From NCBI RefSeq assembly GCF_006345805.1, contig NC_043010.1, forward strand, positions 52,328,001 to 52,392,000: a DNA stretch of 64,000 nt, given 5' to 3'. Origin of the DNA: Octopus sinensis. Its lineage: Eukaryota. The translations under genes were made by a program, and so were the position numbers. Shown here piece by piece: positions 45,361 through 58,404 of this stretch (positions within the stretch are counted from its first letter, which is position 1; every line of letters begins with the position of its first letter). The notes beneath the pieces were generated by a model that did no database searches, had not been told where the DNA came from, and saw only the letters and a list, made by a program, of their open reading frames with translations.

Positions 45361-48300
45361 TTTAATATAGTTGAACAATTTCATTGATCTACCTGCAGTG
45401 TTTATCTTGTGGATTCACCAGAACTGCGCACTGTTGCAATGATACTGCCTCCACATCTGTCCATTCCTTCTCACATGACCCTGCAGCCAAATGGAGGGGA
45501 GTCTGGCCATATTAGTTCTTTACATTCACCTCGATCCTCTGAGATATTAAGATTTTCACGGCTTCAAGCTGACGCCTTTACACAGCATCATGTAGAGCTG
45601 TCCAACCACAGAAGTGTCTTGCATCTATAAACATCTCAATTATTCTTGTGTTGCCCCTTACATGGGAATACATTAAAGGAGTTTGTCCCCTTACATTACG
45701 TTTGTGAATTTGATCTGGATTCTTCTCTGTTAAGGTTTTCACACCTTCAGCGTCATCATCATTGATTTTATCAAAGATTGTATAATACGCTCCTGAACTG
45801 CCTCTGGTGTGTTACCACCTTTGTCCACCACATTGACATCGATGCCATTTTACTCAACATGCCAACTGTGTTTGTGTATCCACTTGAACAGGCACAGTAT
45901 AGATGTGTGTGACCCTTATCTCGTGCATTCACCTCCAGAGCGCTATGTTTTATTAATGCTGCCACGACATCTGTCCATTCCTTCTCACATGACCCTGCTG
46001 CCAGATGGAGAGGAGTCTGGCCGTATTAGTTCTTCACATTCACCGCGCTGCTCCGAGATATTAAGAGCTTCACAGCATCCGTTTTATGGCTATTCACAGT
46101 ATCATGTAAGTCTATCCAACCACGGAATTGTCTTGCATCTATAAACATCTCAATTATTCTTCTGTTGCCATTTACACAGGCAAACATTAAAGGAGTTTGT
46201 CCCTTTAATTTGATCTGGCTTCTTCTCTATTAAAGTTTTCACACCTTCAGCATCATCATATCTGGATTCATTCTTCACATTCACCTCGCTGCTCCGAGAT
46301 ATTAAGAGCGTCACAGCATCAGTTTTATGGTTATTCACAGTATCATGTAAGTCTTTCCAACCACGGAATTGTCTTGCATCTATAAACATTTCAATTATTC
46401 TTCTGTTGCCGTTTACACAGGCAAACATTAAAGGAGTTTGTCCCCTTACATTAGGTTTGTGAATTTGACCTGGCTTCTTCTCTATTAAGGTTTTCAAACC
46501 TTTAGTGTCACCATCTTTGATTTTATCAAAGATTGTATAATACGCCATGTCTTCAGATTCGATTATTGGGTTTTTATTCTGGGTTATGTATATGTTTTTG
46601 TGTATCCACTTGAACAGGCACAGAGTAGAGGTATGCGACCATTCTTATCTCTTGCATTCACCAGAACACCGCTCTGTTGCAATAATACTGCCATCCCATC
46701 TGTCTATTCCTTCTCACATGACCCTGCGGCCAAATGGAGGGGAGTCTGGCCATATTAGTTCTTTACATTCACCTCGATGCTCCGAGATATTAAGAGCTTC
46801 ACTGCTTGATGTTGATGCCTATTCTCAGCATCATGTAAAGATGTCCAACCACGGAAGTGTCTTGCATCTATAAACATCTCAATTATTCTTGTGTTGACCC
46901 TTACATGGGAATACATTAAAGGAGTTTGTCCCCTTACATTACGCTTGTGAATTTGATCTGGATTCTTCTCTATTAAGGTTTTCACACCTTCAGCGTCATC
47001 ATCATTGATTTTATCAAAGATTGTATAATACGCTCCTGAACTGCCTCTGGTGTGTTACCACCTTTGTCAACCGCATTGACATCGAGCCATTTTACTCAAC
47101 ATCGCAACTGTGTTTGTGTATCCACTTGAACAGCACAGTATAAGAGGTGCGACCTATCTCGTGCATTCACCTCAAGAGCGCTATGTTTTATTAATGCTGA
47201 CACAACATCTGTCCATTCCTTCTCACATGACCCTGCTGCCAGATGGAGAGGAGTCTGGCCGTATTAGTTCTTCACATTCACAGCGCTGCTCCGAGATATT
47301 AAGAGCTTCACAGCATCCGTTTTATGGCTATTCACAGTATCATGTAAGGCTATCCAACCACGGAATTGTCTTGCATCTATAAACATCTCAATTATTCTTC
47401 TGTTGCCATTTACTCAGGCAAACATTAAAGGAGTTTGTCCCCTTAATTTGATCTGGCTTCTTCTCTATTAAAGTTTTCACACCTTCAGCATCATCATATC
47501 TAGATTCATTCTTCACATTCACTGCGCTGCTCCGAGATATTAAGAGCGTCACAACATCCGTTTTATGGTTATTCACAGTATCATGTAAGGCTATCCAACC
47601 ACGGAATTGTCTTGCATCTATAAACATCTCAATTATTCTTCTGTTGCCATTTACTCAGGCAAACATTAAAGGAGTTTGTCCCCTTAATTTGATCTGGCTT
47701 CTTCTCTATTAAAGTTTTCACACCTTCAGCATCATCATATCTAGATTCATTCTTCACATTCACTGCGCTGCTCCGAGATATTAGGAGCGTCACAACATCC
47801 GTTTTATGGTTATTCACAGTATCATGTAAGGCTATCCAACCACGGAATTGTCTTGCATCTATAAACATCTCAATTATTTTTCTGTTGCCGTTTACACAGG
47901 CAAACATTAAAGGAGTTTGTCCTCTTAATTTGATCTGGCTTCTTCTCTATTAAAGTTTTCAAACCTTCAGTGTCACCATCTTTGATTTTATCAAAGATTG
48001 TATAATACGCCATGTCTTCAGATTCGATTATTGGGTTTTTATTCTGGGTTATGTATATGTTTTTGTGTATCCACTTGAACAGGCACAGAGTAGAGGTATG
48101 CGACCATTCTTATCTCTTGCATTCACCAGAACACCGCTCTGTTGCAATAATACTGCCATCCCATCTGTCTATTCCTTCTCACATGACCCTGCGGCCAAAT
48201 GGAGGGGAGTCTGGCCATATTAGTTCTTTACATTCACCTCGATGCTCTGAGATATTAAGAGCTTCACTGCTTGATGTTGATGCCTATTCTCAGCATCATG

Positions 48301-50370
48301 TAAAGATTAACCACGGAAGTGTCTTGCATCTATAAACATCTCAATTATTCTTGTGTTGACCTTACATGGGAATACATTAAAGGAGTTTGTCCCCTTACAT
48401 TACGCTTGTGAATTGATCTGGATTCTTCTCTATTAAGTTTTCACACCTTCAGCGTCATCATCATTGATTTTATCAAAGATTGTATAATACGCTCCTGAAT
48501 GCCTCTGGTGGTTACCACCTTTGTCAACCACATTGACATCGCTGCCATTTTACTCAACATGCCAACTGTGTTTGTGTATCCACTTGAACAGGCACAGTAT
48601 AGATGTGTGCGACCCTTATCTCGTGCATTCACCTCAAGAGCGCTATGTTGTATTAATGCTGCCACAACATTCTGTCATTCCTTTCACATGACCCTGCTGC
48701 CAGATGTGGAGAGGAGTCTGGCCGTATTAGTTCTTCACATTCACAGCGCTGCTCCGAGATATAAGAGCTTCACAGCATCCGTTTTATGGTATTCACAGTA
48801 TCATGTAAGTCTATCCAACCACGGAATTGTCTTGCATCTATAACATGTCAATTATTCTTCTGTTGCCGTTTACACAGGCAAACATTAAAGGAGTTTGTCC
48901 TCTTAATTTGATCTGGCCTCTTCTATTAAAGTTTTCACACCTTCAGCATCATCATATCTGGATTCATTCTTCACATTCACCTCGCTCCTCCGAGATATTA
49001 AGAGCGTCACAACATCCGTTTTATGGTTATTCACAGTATCATGTAAGGCTATCCAACCACGGAATTGTCTTGCATCTATAAACATCTCAATTATTCTTTT
49101 GTTGCCGTTTACACAGGCAAACATTAAAGGAGTTTGTCCCCTTACATTACGTTTGTGAATTTGATCTGGATTCTTCTCTATTAAGGTTTTCACACCTTCA
49201 GCGTCATCATCATTGATTTTATCAAAGATTGTATAATACGCTCCTGAACTGCCTCTGGTGTGTTACCACCTTTGTCAACCACATTGACATCGCTGCCATT
49301 TTACTCAACATGCCAACTGTGTTTGTGTATCCACTTGAACAGGCACAGTATAGATGTGTGCGACCCTTATCTCGTGCATTCACCTCAAGAGCGCTATGTT
49401 TTATTAATGCTGCCACAACATCTGTCCATTCCTTTTCACATGACCCTGCTGCCAGATGGAGAGGAGTCTGGCCGTATTAGTTCTTCACATTCACAGCGCT
49501 GCTCCGAGATATTAAGAGCTTCACAGCATCCGTTTTATGGCTATTCACAGTATCATGTAAGTCTATCCAACCACGGAATTGTCTTGCATCTATAAACATG
49601 TCAATTATTCTTCTGTTGCCGTTTACACAGGCAAACATTAAAGGAGTTTGTCCTCTTAATTTGATCTGGCCTCTTCTCTATTAAAGTTTTCACACCTTCA
49701 GCATCATCATATCTGGATTCATTCTTCACATTCACCTCGCTCCTCCGAGATATTAAGAGCGTCACAACATCCGTTTTATGGTTATTCACAGTATCATGTA
49801 AGGCTATCCAACCACGGAATTGTCTTGCATCTATAAACATCTCAATTATTCTTTTGTTGCCGTTTACACAGGCAAACATTAAAGGAGTTTGTCCCCTTAC
49901 ATTACGTTTGTGAATTTGATCTGGATTCTTCTCTATTAAGGTTTTCACACTTTCAGCGTCATCATCATTGATTTTATCAAAGATTGTATAATACGCTCCT
50001 GAACTGCCTCTGGTGTGTTACCACCTTTGTCTACCACATTGACATCGATGCCATTTTACTCAACATGGCAACTGTGTTTGTGTATCCACTTGAACAGGCA
50101 CAGTATAGATGTGTGCGACCCTTCTTAATCTCGTGCATTCACCTCAAGAGCGCTAAGTTTTATTAATGCTGCCACAACATCTGTCCATTCCTTCTCACGT
50201 GACCCTGCTGCCAAATGGAGAGGTGTCTGGCCATATTTGTTCTTCCAGTTTATCTCGCTTCTCTGAGTTATTAAGAGCTTCACAGCTTCAGTTTGATGGT
50301 TATTCACAGCATCATGCAAAGCTGTCCAACCACGGAAGTCTCTTGCTTCTATGTACGCTGCCGCTAGCAG
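45360..50370 (-). repeat. ~5-kb tandem array of rearranged, decayed intronless ankyrin-repeat gene copies
   Basis: Marker TGATTTTATCAAAGATTGTATAATACG recurs at ~45765, 46520, 47010, 47985, 48470, 49215, 49970. GQTPLMFACVNG, VNARDKG repeated. Confidence 0.85.
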
Positions 50371-50574
50371 ATTTCCTGTCTGCTGTTGGGTTATTTACAG
50401 TACTGGGAATAATATTGTTTGCGAAAGAAATCTAGTCCCTCACTGTCATTATTAAATTGGCGAATTCCATCTTGTAATGTCAGGTCACAAGAATTGTGAA
50501 GTGCCATTCTGTTGTTGAAGACCAAGTGTATCATACAACTTAACGCTTGTGTACTATTTATTACTTGATAAATC

Positions 50575-50650
50575 ATCTGGTTCATCCGATGTACACTGTG
50601 CCTATGTACCTGTTATGATTGAGGTTCACAAACAGGGTGCCATTTTATCT
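50575..50650 (-). pseudogene. Short piggyBac fragment
   Basis: NGTLFVNLNHNRYIG..RMNQM, similar to NGTPFVNLDYNK.MGGVDRLNQM at ~26450-26520. Confidence 0.5.
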
Positions 50651-50654
50651 GCCT

Positions 50655-50760
50655 CTTATCTCTTTAAGTTTAATACATTCAAGGACCTTCTTCATTATGG
50701 TATCATACATTGGATGGCTTATAGCTCTCATGAAATTTTCTTTGTGTTTATTTAGCCAAT
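50655..50760 (-). pseudogene. NS1: Short NS1 fragment (same lineage as 34271-34770)
   Basis: KENFMRAISHPMYDTIMKKVLECIKLK versus NFMRAISHPMYDTAMKKVLECIKLK. Confidence 0.75.
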
Positions 50761-51200
50761 GAGATTTCATTTCTTACTGGTGAAAATATACGTGGTGAGG
50801 GAATGGGTGGGGTTGTCAATGGTAAGAGAGATGTCAAGGAAGTTAACAGAGGTGTCAGAGATAGAAGTGAATTGAAGAGAAGGGTGGAAGCTAGAAGAAA
50901 GAGATGAAGTGGCAGTTGTTCATGGGAGAGGGAGGTGGCACCTATAGTCATCTATGTAGCGACCATATAGCTCTGGGGCCAGCCTGGAGAATTGAGAGAA
51001 TGCTTGGGGCTCATTCTCATCCCCATCATGACTCCAGACTCCTGTTGGTAGGTTTCCCCAGCGAACGTAAAGCAGTTGAGGGTGAGGATGAGCTCTGCCA
51101 GGTGGAGAAGGGTGGGGGTGCTGAGTGTGGGGTCAGGGTGACGATCGAGGAAGTATTGGAGGGCTAAGAGACCATCGTTGTGTGGAATTACCGTGTATAG
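50760..51200 (-). pseudogene. Penelope-like element reverse transcriptase fragment
   Basis: TLLHLAELILTLNCFSFAGETYQQ.SGV.MG, GRYIDD (50947-50958), FHPSLQFT, VNFLDISLTI. Confidence 0.85.
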
Positions 51201-51339
51201 GGATTTTACGTCTAAGGTGAAGAAGAGTTGTGAGGGCCCGGGAGGGAAGGAAAAGGAATTGAAGAGACGTGGTTAGTGTCATATATGTGGGATGAAAGGG
51301 CAGCAACTAAAGGGGACAGGATGCGGTCATTGAATACTA

Positions 51340-51625
51340 TTAATTTACCACAGAAGTGCTGGCGTGGCTGTGTACTCAGAAGTTTTCTCTTCAACCACAT
51401 GACTGTGACATCTTGAGCAAATATAGTACCCCAAAGTGGATTTAGTAGACAAACTGAAAGAAGCCTTTTGTGTGTGTCTTGTTTGTTTACATCCCCTTGT
51501 TTTGGCAAAGAGGAACCAATAGAATAAGTATCAGATACTAATATAATTAAAAAGAAAAAAAAGTACTAGGGTTGATTTGTTCAACTAAACTCTGCAGTCT
51601 AGTGACTGAAACCAACCAGTAAAAG
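51340..51625 (+). mobile_element. Degenerate SINE (main family)
   Basis: GGCTGTGT.CTCAGAAG head; GTGGATTTAGTAGACAAACTGAAAGAAGCC. Confidence 0.6.
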
Positions 51626-52341
51626 ATAAAAATAGAATTATAAGTATTCAAAATTATTATCAGAGACAGTTTTGAAACCTCAAAAAAAGCCCTTTCGGGG
51701 AATGTTAAAAGGGATTCATAATCTGAGGTGCAAATATTCCAGAAATATTCAATGGTCTGAACTTTCTTGCAGTAGCAAGGTAATGGCTGGGCCCAGGCTG
51801 CAGTACCCTGAGACACCTGCCAGGCCAGACCCTTTCACTATCCATTCCACAGCCCTTATTGCCATTACCCTGTAAATTATTGTGATTTTTAATGAGTATT
51901 TTTCACTTTTTGTTAATAGCCAGCCATAGCATGCATCACATAATAGAGATGGTATATATACTCACATGCAACAGGCTTCATATAGTTTCCATCAAACAAT
52001 TCCACATAAAATGCATTGGTTGGTCCCTGCCTATAAGTTGAAGACACTTGCCCAAGGTACCACAGAGTAGGACTGAACCCAGAACCATGGTGTTGTGACA
52101 TGAGCATTTTAGGCTTTTAAACATATACAACTAAGAGAAATTGTTCAATATATACACAGAGACAGATGTTAAATTTATTAAATTTATTAATAGCTCAAGT
52201 TAAATAATAGAAAAGTTAATAAATTTAAAAGAAATTACTGTACTCACTTGTGAATAATAGCACTGAGTTACTTGTTTGGTAAAATCCACATTTATAAAGA
52301 ACAGTTCAGGCAAGAAGTATTTTCTTGGCCTTCCTGGGCAC

Positions 52342-52372
<31 letters not shown>

Positions 52373-53569
52373 ATATGGTGAGTGTAGTAGATTTTTTTTT
52401 TTTTTTTTTTTTTCCTTAAATGATCACTGCAGTATTTTTTTTCTTTTTTTCCTATAAGGTCACTGCAGTAATTTTTTTTTTATATGGTCACTGCAGCAAA
52501 ATTGTTATTTTTTTATATGGTCACTGCAGTAGAATTTTTTTTTCTTATATGTTCATTGCAGTAGGTTTTTTTTTTTTTTTTTCTTTTGTAGACTATGGTA
52601 TTGTGTCTGAAAAAATATCAAAAATATTTTGTCACAAATCTTGAATTTGGTTAATTATTTATGTTTGTCAAAATATTTGGCTTTACTGATTGATCATTTG
52701 TTGTCCATTGTTTTATGAATCATTTTTATATGGTATATGAATATAAACACAGTTGATCATTTTTAACCCTTTAGCATTCAGATCACTCTGTGAATTGTGA
52801 TGCCTGTTTAACTACATTGTTTTGAATTAATCATACATTAACATTTTGAAAATTTCAATGATCATTTAGTTTTAAAATGACACTGTAGGGTACGTGTGAG
52901 AGGCCAGATCTGCTTGGTTAATAAAACAGGTACCATACAGATGTTAATAAAACAGGTACCACATTTTCCAGCTTACAAGTGAAAATTTTCAGGCTAAAGC
53001 TAGGTTAACTTTTTGCAAGACCAAAAGTTCCCTCTGAAATACAGCAGGATTTGGAAATATAGATATTTGGATGTTTACACTATATACTGTGTTGGCTTGT
53101 ATGGTGAAACGTCTGGGTCAGTTCAAATAATAAAGGACTAAATTACATATATGTAATATTTTCCCAATGCTTGTTGATGTCACCATTCTTTACTCTCCAT
53201 TGTAAGTTGTCATGTCAATGTACTTGCCAAAATATTGGTGAAATAAACTCTATTTTTACACTTGAATTCTTGTTTTCCTTATTTTTTCTTTCTTCAGTTT
53301 CATATTTCTTGTCCTTTAAAACTATCACACAATGTCAAGACTAAGAAACAAAAGAAAGCACAGTGGGACTGAACCAAGAACCATATATGGCTAGGAAGCA
53401 AACTTCTTGCCTCAGAGCCACGTCTATGCCTATTTAAGTTGACCTGAAACTCACTCAACCACAAGGAATTGCCCTTATTGCATTACCAAGATCGACAAGT
53501 AACTCTCAGTAACTTGCTTCAGTAAAACATAGTGTTTGTGATGGCATTCCCGATAAATCCAGAAAATAA

Positions 53570-54100
53570 ATAGTATGGCTAAGAAGTTTGCCTCCCAACC
53601 ACGTGGTTCCAGGTTCAGTCTCATTGTGTTCCACCTTGGGTAAGTGACTTCTATAGCTATGCGCCAACCAAAATCTTTTAAGTGGATTTGGTAGACAGAA
53701 ACTTTGTTGCTGTGTTTAAGTATTGGAGGCGATTCGTTCGACTAAAATTCCATGAAGCATTGCCCCAGCAAGGCCACAGTCTAATGAGTGAAACGTGTTT
53801 GCATTTGTGCTGCTTCTCCGAAGATTACTCAACCATGGGCATTAAAAATATAATTTTCCTTGTTCATGGGTCATGAAGGTTTTGTGCCTATAAAAATACA
53901 TAGAATAATATACCCCTTCCCTGAAAAATATATGGGTTATCAGTAGAAAAGGCATTCAGCTGGTAAGGAGATTCCTTGATTGTATGATCTCAGGTTCTGT
54001 CCCACTGTGTGCCGCTTTTGGCAAGTGTCCTCTATAGGACCCATGCCAACCAAAGCCTCAGGAGTGAATTTGGTAAATGGAAATTGAAACCAACTCGTCG
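53570..54100 (+). mobile_element. Two degenerate SINE copies
   Basis: GGTTCCAGGTTCAGTC..CACCTTGGG and GGTTCTGTCCCACTG..GGCAAGTGTC. Confidence 0.6.
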
Positions 54101-54334
54101 TGTGTGTGTGTCGTTGTCTTCTTGCTTTGAGTTTTTGTGTCATAAACGAAATTACCGTCACACATTTCTGATCTTCTGGACCTCGGAAATATTACCTTAC
54201 TTGGAAACAGGTGAGTGTTGGCTCAGCAAGGGCATCTGGCTGTAGAAAAAAAAATACGCTTGTACAAATTCTGTCTGACCCATGCAAGCATGGAAAAGTC
54301 GACGTTAAAACAATGCTGTTAACATAGAAAGTAG

Positions 54335-54697
54335 GAATGGCTGTGTGGTAAGTAGCTTGCTTACCAAACCACATGGTTCCGAGTTCAGTCCCACTGCGTG
54401 GCACCTTGGGCAAGTGTCTTCTACTATAGCCTCGGGCCGACCAAAGCCTTGTGAGTGGATTTGATAGACGGAAACTGAAAGAAGCCCGTCTTGTATATAT
54501 GTATGTGTTTGTCCCCGCCGACATGCTTGACAACTGATGCTGGTGTGTTTACATCCCCTTAACTTAGCGGTTCGGCAAAAGACCTATAGAATAAGTACTA
54601 GGCTTACAAAGAATAAGTCCTGGGGTCGATTTGCTCGAGTTAAGGCGGTGCTCCAGCATGGCCGCAGTCAAATGACTGAAACAAGTAAAAGAGTAAA
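54335..54697 (+). mobile_element. Full-length SINE (main family)
   Basis: Colinear with 775-1166. Confidence 0.88.
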
Positions 54698-54729
54698 CAA
54701 AAGTGATTCCTCATTGTATCTCAGTAACA

Positions 54730-57700
54730 AGTAACAAGCCTATCGGTACTAAGAGAGAGAATTCGCCGGAGGAACCTGATATCCGAGCTAAAGATGAGGA
54801 AACAAATGGGAGAGAAGGGTTTACGAATCCAAGATGGACAGATAATCAAGTCCTACCTCTGGTCCCATGCTGTAGTGCTGACAGGGAAAGTGATGTGAGG
54901 GCAAATCGAAGTGAAGTTGATACCCCCGTCAACGATGCTATCTCTGATGCCCTTTATTCTGCTTGTTCCCCAACTCCCGCCCCTCAGACTTCACAGCTCA
55001 GCATCGTCTACACCAACTCGTGCTCCTTATTCCCGAAGTTCAGTGAACTATTTACACTGGCCACACGCGACTCCCCTGATGTGATAGCTATCACCGAGAC
55101 TTGGCTGACTCCAGCAGTAAAGGACTCAGAAATCCACCTGCAGGGCTACGTCCTTTTCAGATGTGACAGGAAAAAGGCGAGGTGGAGGTGTTGCTGTGTA
55201 TGTTAAGTCTGAGCACAAACCGTCCTGCGGTATTCTACCCACAAATGCTCAACCTACAACCAAATTCGATGCCGTCTATTGCAAGCTGAGCCTATCTGAG
55301 TTTTACCTGCCCGTGTTGGCTGTCTACAGGCCGCCTCTAGCCGACCCCCAGGACGATGCTCATCTACTCGAAGCGATAAGATTCGTTTCAGCTTCGCATG
55401 ACTGCTTGGTACTAGGCGCCTTCAACGCTCCCACGATCGATTGGCCCGCATCAATTTGTACATCTTCCCGGTTCGGCCAGGCCCTTCTTGACGTGGCTGA
55501 AGATTGTTTTCTATCGCAACATGTTGAATATCCGACAAAGCATCGGTCTGGGCAGCAGCCATCTATGCTAGATCTGGTATATTCCCGCTATCCAAGATCA
55601 GTGTCAGACGTATCTGTGTGCGCCCCTCTTGCCAAGAGTGATCATGCGGTCCTGAAGTTCGTCATGCACATAACTTTTTCCACGCCCACGATTACTTCGC
55701 TGCCACGTAGTCTTCTCTGCAACTAATACTGAAATTCTAACCGAGGCTTCCACGCTTCTGGACTGGCGTTCCTTGATGACGTTGTCCTCAGTTGACGAAC
55801 TATGGTCATCCCTCAAAGCATATGTAATCTGTTTGACTGACCAGGCAGTTCCCGTTAGGCTTCCCAAGAGGAAGAAACACAAGCCATGGGTGACGAAGAA
55901 GGTTAAACGAGAACGTCGACTCAGAGATATTGCTTGGGCTGAATTCAAAAATCTGGATTCGACTGCAGCTTTTGAGGTGTACAAAACTCAACGAGACCGA
56001 GCCGTGAAAATTGAAAAGAAAGAACGCTTCAGTTATGAATACAAAATCGCGGCAAATGCCTGTAGCAATCCAAAAACCTTCTTTGCCCATGTCCAGCGGA
56101 ATTCCCGCTTGAACAACCAGATTGCAACGTTGGTAGACTCAACAGGCGTATCGATTGAGGACCCTTATCAACAGTCAATTATTTGCCGAGGCTTTTTCAA
56201 CTATTTTCAAACAAGATGATGGTCGTGAAACCCCTCCATTTGATAGATCGGTACCTCCAATGCTTCGATTGATCATCACGCGGGACGAAGTCAAACGTGT
56301 TATTCAAGGCCTCGATGTCAACAAGGGTCACGGCCCTGACGGCATACACCCACGGGTTATCAAAGCGTTGGCTCCGGTCATCTGCGAGCCCTTAACACGA
56401 CTATTCAATATGTCATTGGCGACGGGTGTTATACCTGCAGACTGGAGAACAGCGATAATCTGCCCAATTTTCAAGAAAGGGAGCCGCGAAGACCCGCTTA
56501 ACTACCGACCGGTTTCCCTTACATCAATAATCAGCAAGATGTTCGAAACCATCCTTAAGAAAAGTATGATGCTCCACCTCCTAAACACAGCCTCGATCAC
56601 TGATTCCCAACACGGCTTCGTGCCGAAGAGATCATGCTTGACCAACTTACTAGTAATGGAAGAATTGGTGACGCGCATCCTCGATGATAGTGATGCTGTT
56701 GACATCGTTTTATTGGACTTTGCCAAAGCTTTTGACTCGGTAAACCACCGCCTACTACTTGTCAAGCTTCAAGCATATAGTTTCCATCCGGATATTGTAC
56801 GATGGGTTGGTGCCTTCCTCTCAGATCGCTCCTTCCAAGTTCAAGTTAATGGTTCGCGGTCCGACGTCTCCAGTGCGAGCAGTGGCGTGCCTCAAGGTTC
56901 AGTGCTTGGGCCCTTGTTCTTAATCTTCATAAATGACTTGCCCGACGACCTCACGCAACACACCCTTCTATTTGCCGACGATATCAAACTGGTCGCTCCT
57001 CGCGGTAGTATAGAGGATCTTCGTCGATGCCTCCACCAAATTTGGAAGTGGTCTAACGATTGGGACCTGTGTCTGAACGTGTCAAAGTGCTGTCATCTGC
57101 CTGTCGGCTCTACTCCTGCAACTCAACTTGATTTCGAGCCGGGTCGTCTGCTGCTGGAGAGGACCGATCAGGTAAAGGACCTGGGTATCTTGGTGGATTC
57201 CTCCTTTTCGCCTTCGGCCCAGTGCGTCCATGCTGCCAACAAAGCGCGCGGATTCTGTTTTTGATTCGACGGTCATTCGGAATGCTCACAGCAGCCATAT
57301 TCCTGCCACTCTATGTCACGCTGGTGAGACCCATATTGGAGTATGGGATTCAAGCCTCTTCTCCTTATCTCCTCAAAGACATACAGCACCTCGAAAGAGT
57401 CCAGAGGCTGGCTACCCGCATGGTTCATGGTCTCAAAAATTTGTCCTACGAAGAAAGGCTGAGGACGCTCGACCTTTATTCTCTTGAAAAACGCCGCCGC
57501 CGTGGTGATCTCATTCTCGCCCACAACATCATAAGCGGGAAGTGTAACCTCTCCAAAGAGCTGTTCTTCACTCCTGCTCCGGAGCGTCGGCTGCGGGGTC
57601 ATTCCGAAAAGCTCTACCTGCGACGATTTCATCAATCGAAGGAGAGGAGCTTTCTCCGTCCGAGTTGCGGATCCGTGGAACAAGCTGCCAGACGAGATGG

Positions 57701-57840
57701 TGAAGATGCCGACGACCGCTTTGTTCAAAGCCTCCCTAGACCTCAAGTGGCCTGAACTCTTTACATGAACACCACCCTGTACTTAACTACATGGCCTTGC
57801 TATTTGCTTTTGAGCCAAATTAACTAACTAACTAACTAAC
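54730..57840 (+). mobile_element. 5'-truncated CR1-type LINE (APE + RT, several frameshifts/stops) with (TAAC)n tail
   Basis: YTNSCSL, ITETWL, VYRPP, LDLV, SDH (APE). GPDGIHP, NYRPVSLTS, QHGF, LDFAKAFD, GVPQGSVLGP, LFADD (RT). Tail AACTAACTAACTAAC. Confidence 0.93.
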
Positions 57841-57849
57841 TTAATCTAT

Positions 57850-57970
57850 CGCTAAGTTACGGGGATGTAAACACACCAACATCGGTTATCAAGCGATGTT
57901 GGACGGGACAAACAGGCACACAAATATATACGACGGGTTTCTTTCAGTTTCCGTCTACCAAATCCACTCG
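57850..57970 (-). mobile_element. SINE fragment
   Basis: Reverse complement of the main SINE mid-section. Confidence 0.7.
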
Positions 57971-58404
57971 TAGTGCTGCTTTGGTTGTGCCCTGTAAAAT
58001 GACATACCTGAAAACAGGTGTCTCACACCTACGTGGGTGCTCAGAATATAATGCCCGAGAACAAATACTGCAAAGTATTCCTGTCCAGTACTTTCGTTAA
58101 TGTTTTTTAATGGACATGTTAGGAAATGTGATGATTATTTTGATGCATATAGAATCTATGATGTGGAAAATGAAGAGTAATCTTCGAGTTTTTGAGTTGG
58201 TAATGATATAACCAGTGAGCGGCTGCTTGGTTTTCTATTGTTCAGGCAAACACACAAGCCACATAGACTCAACGGTTCTGAAAATCCAGCTCCTTGGATT
58301 GGTACAATAAATATTAGTGTGTTTTTTTTCCCTTTCTTTTTATCCTAAAGTTCCTGTGAACACTGGCATCTAACAACCTTAAATTTTATTGAACAGCAAT
58401 TTCT

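Noticed and set aside
45360-50370. CRISPR-like repeat-spacer reading of the array
   Set aside because: Units are 0.5-1 kb ankyrin-coding duplications without unique spacers. No cas genes, eukaryotic context.
17695-51200. One giant composite element (Maverick/Polinton or large virus) spanning the block
   Set aside because: No enclosing TIRs or TSD found, and no pPolB, integrase, packaging ATPase or capsid recognised. The content is short fragments from unrelated superfamilies.
54730-57840. Active CR1 LINE
   Set aside because: 5'-truncated with several frameshifts and stops, though some indels could be assembly errors.
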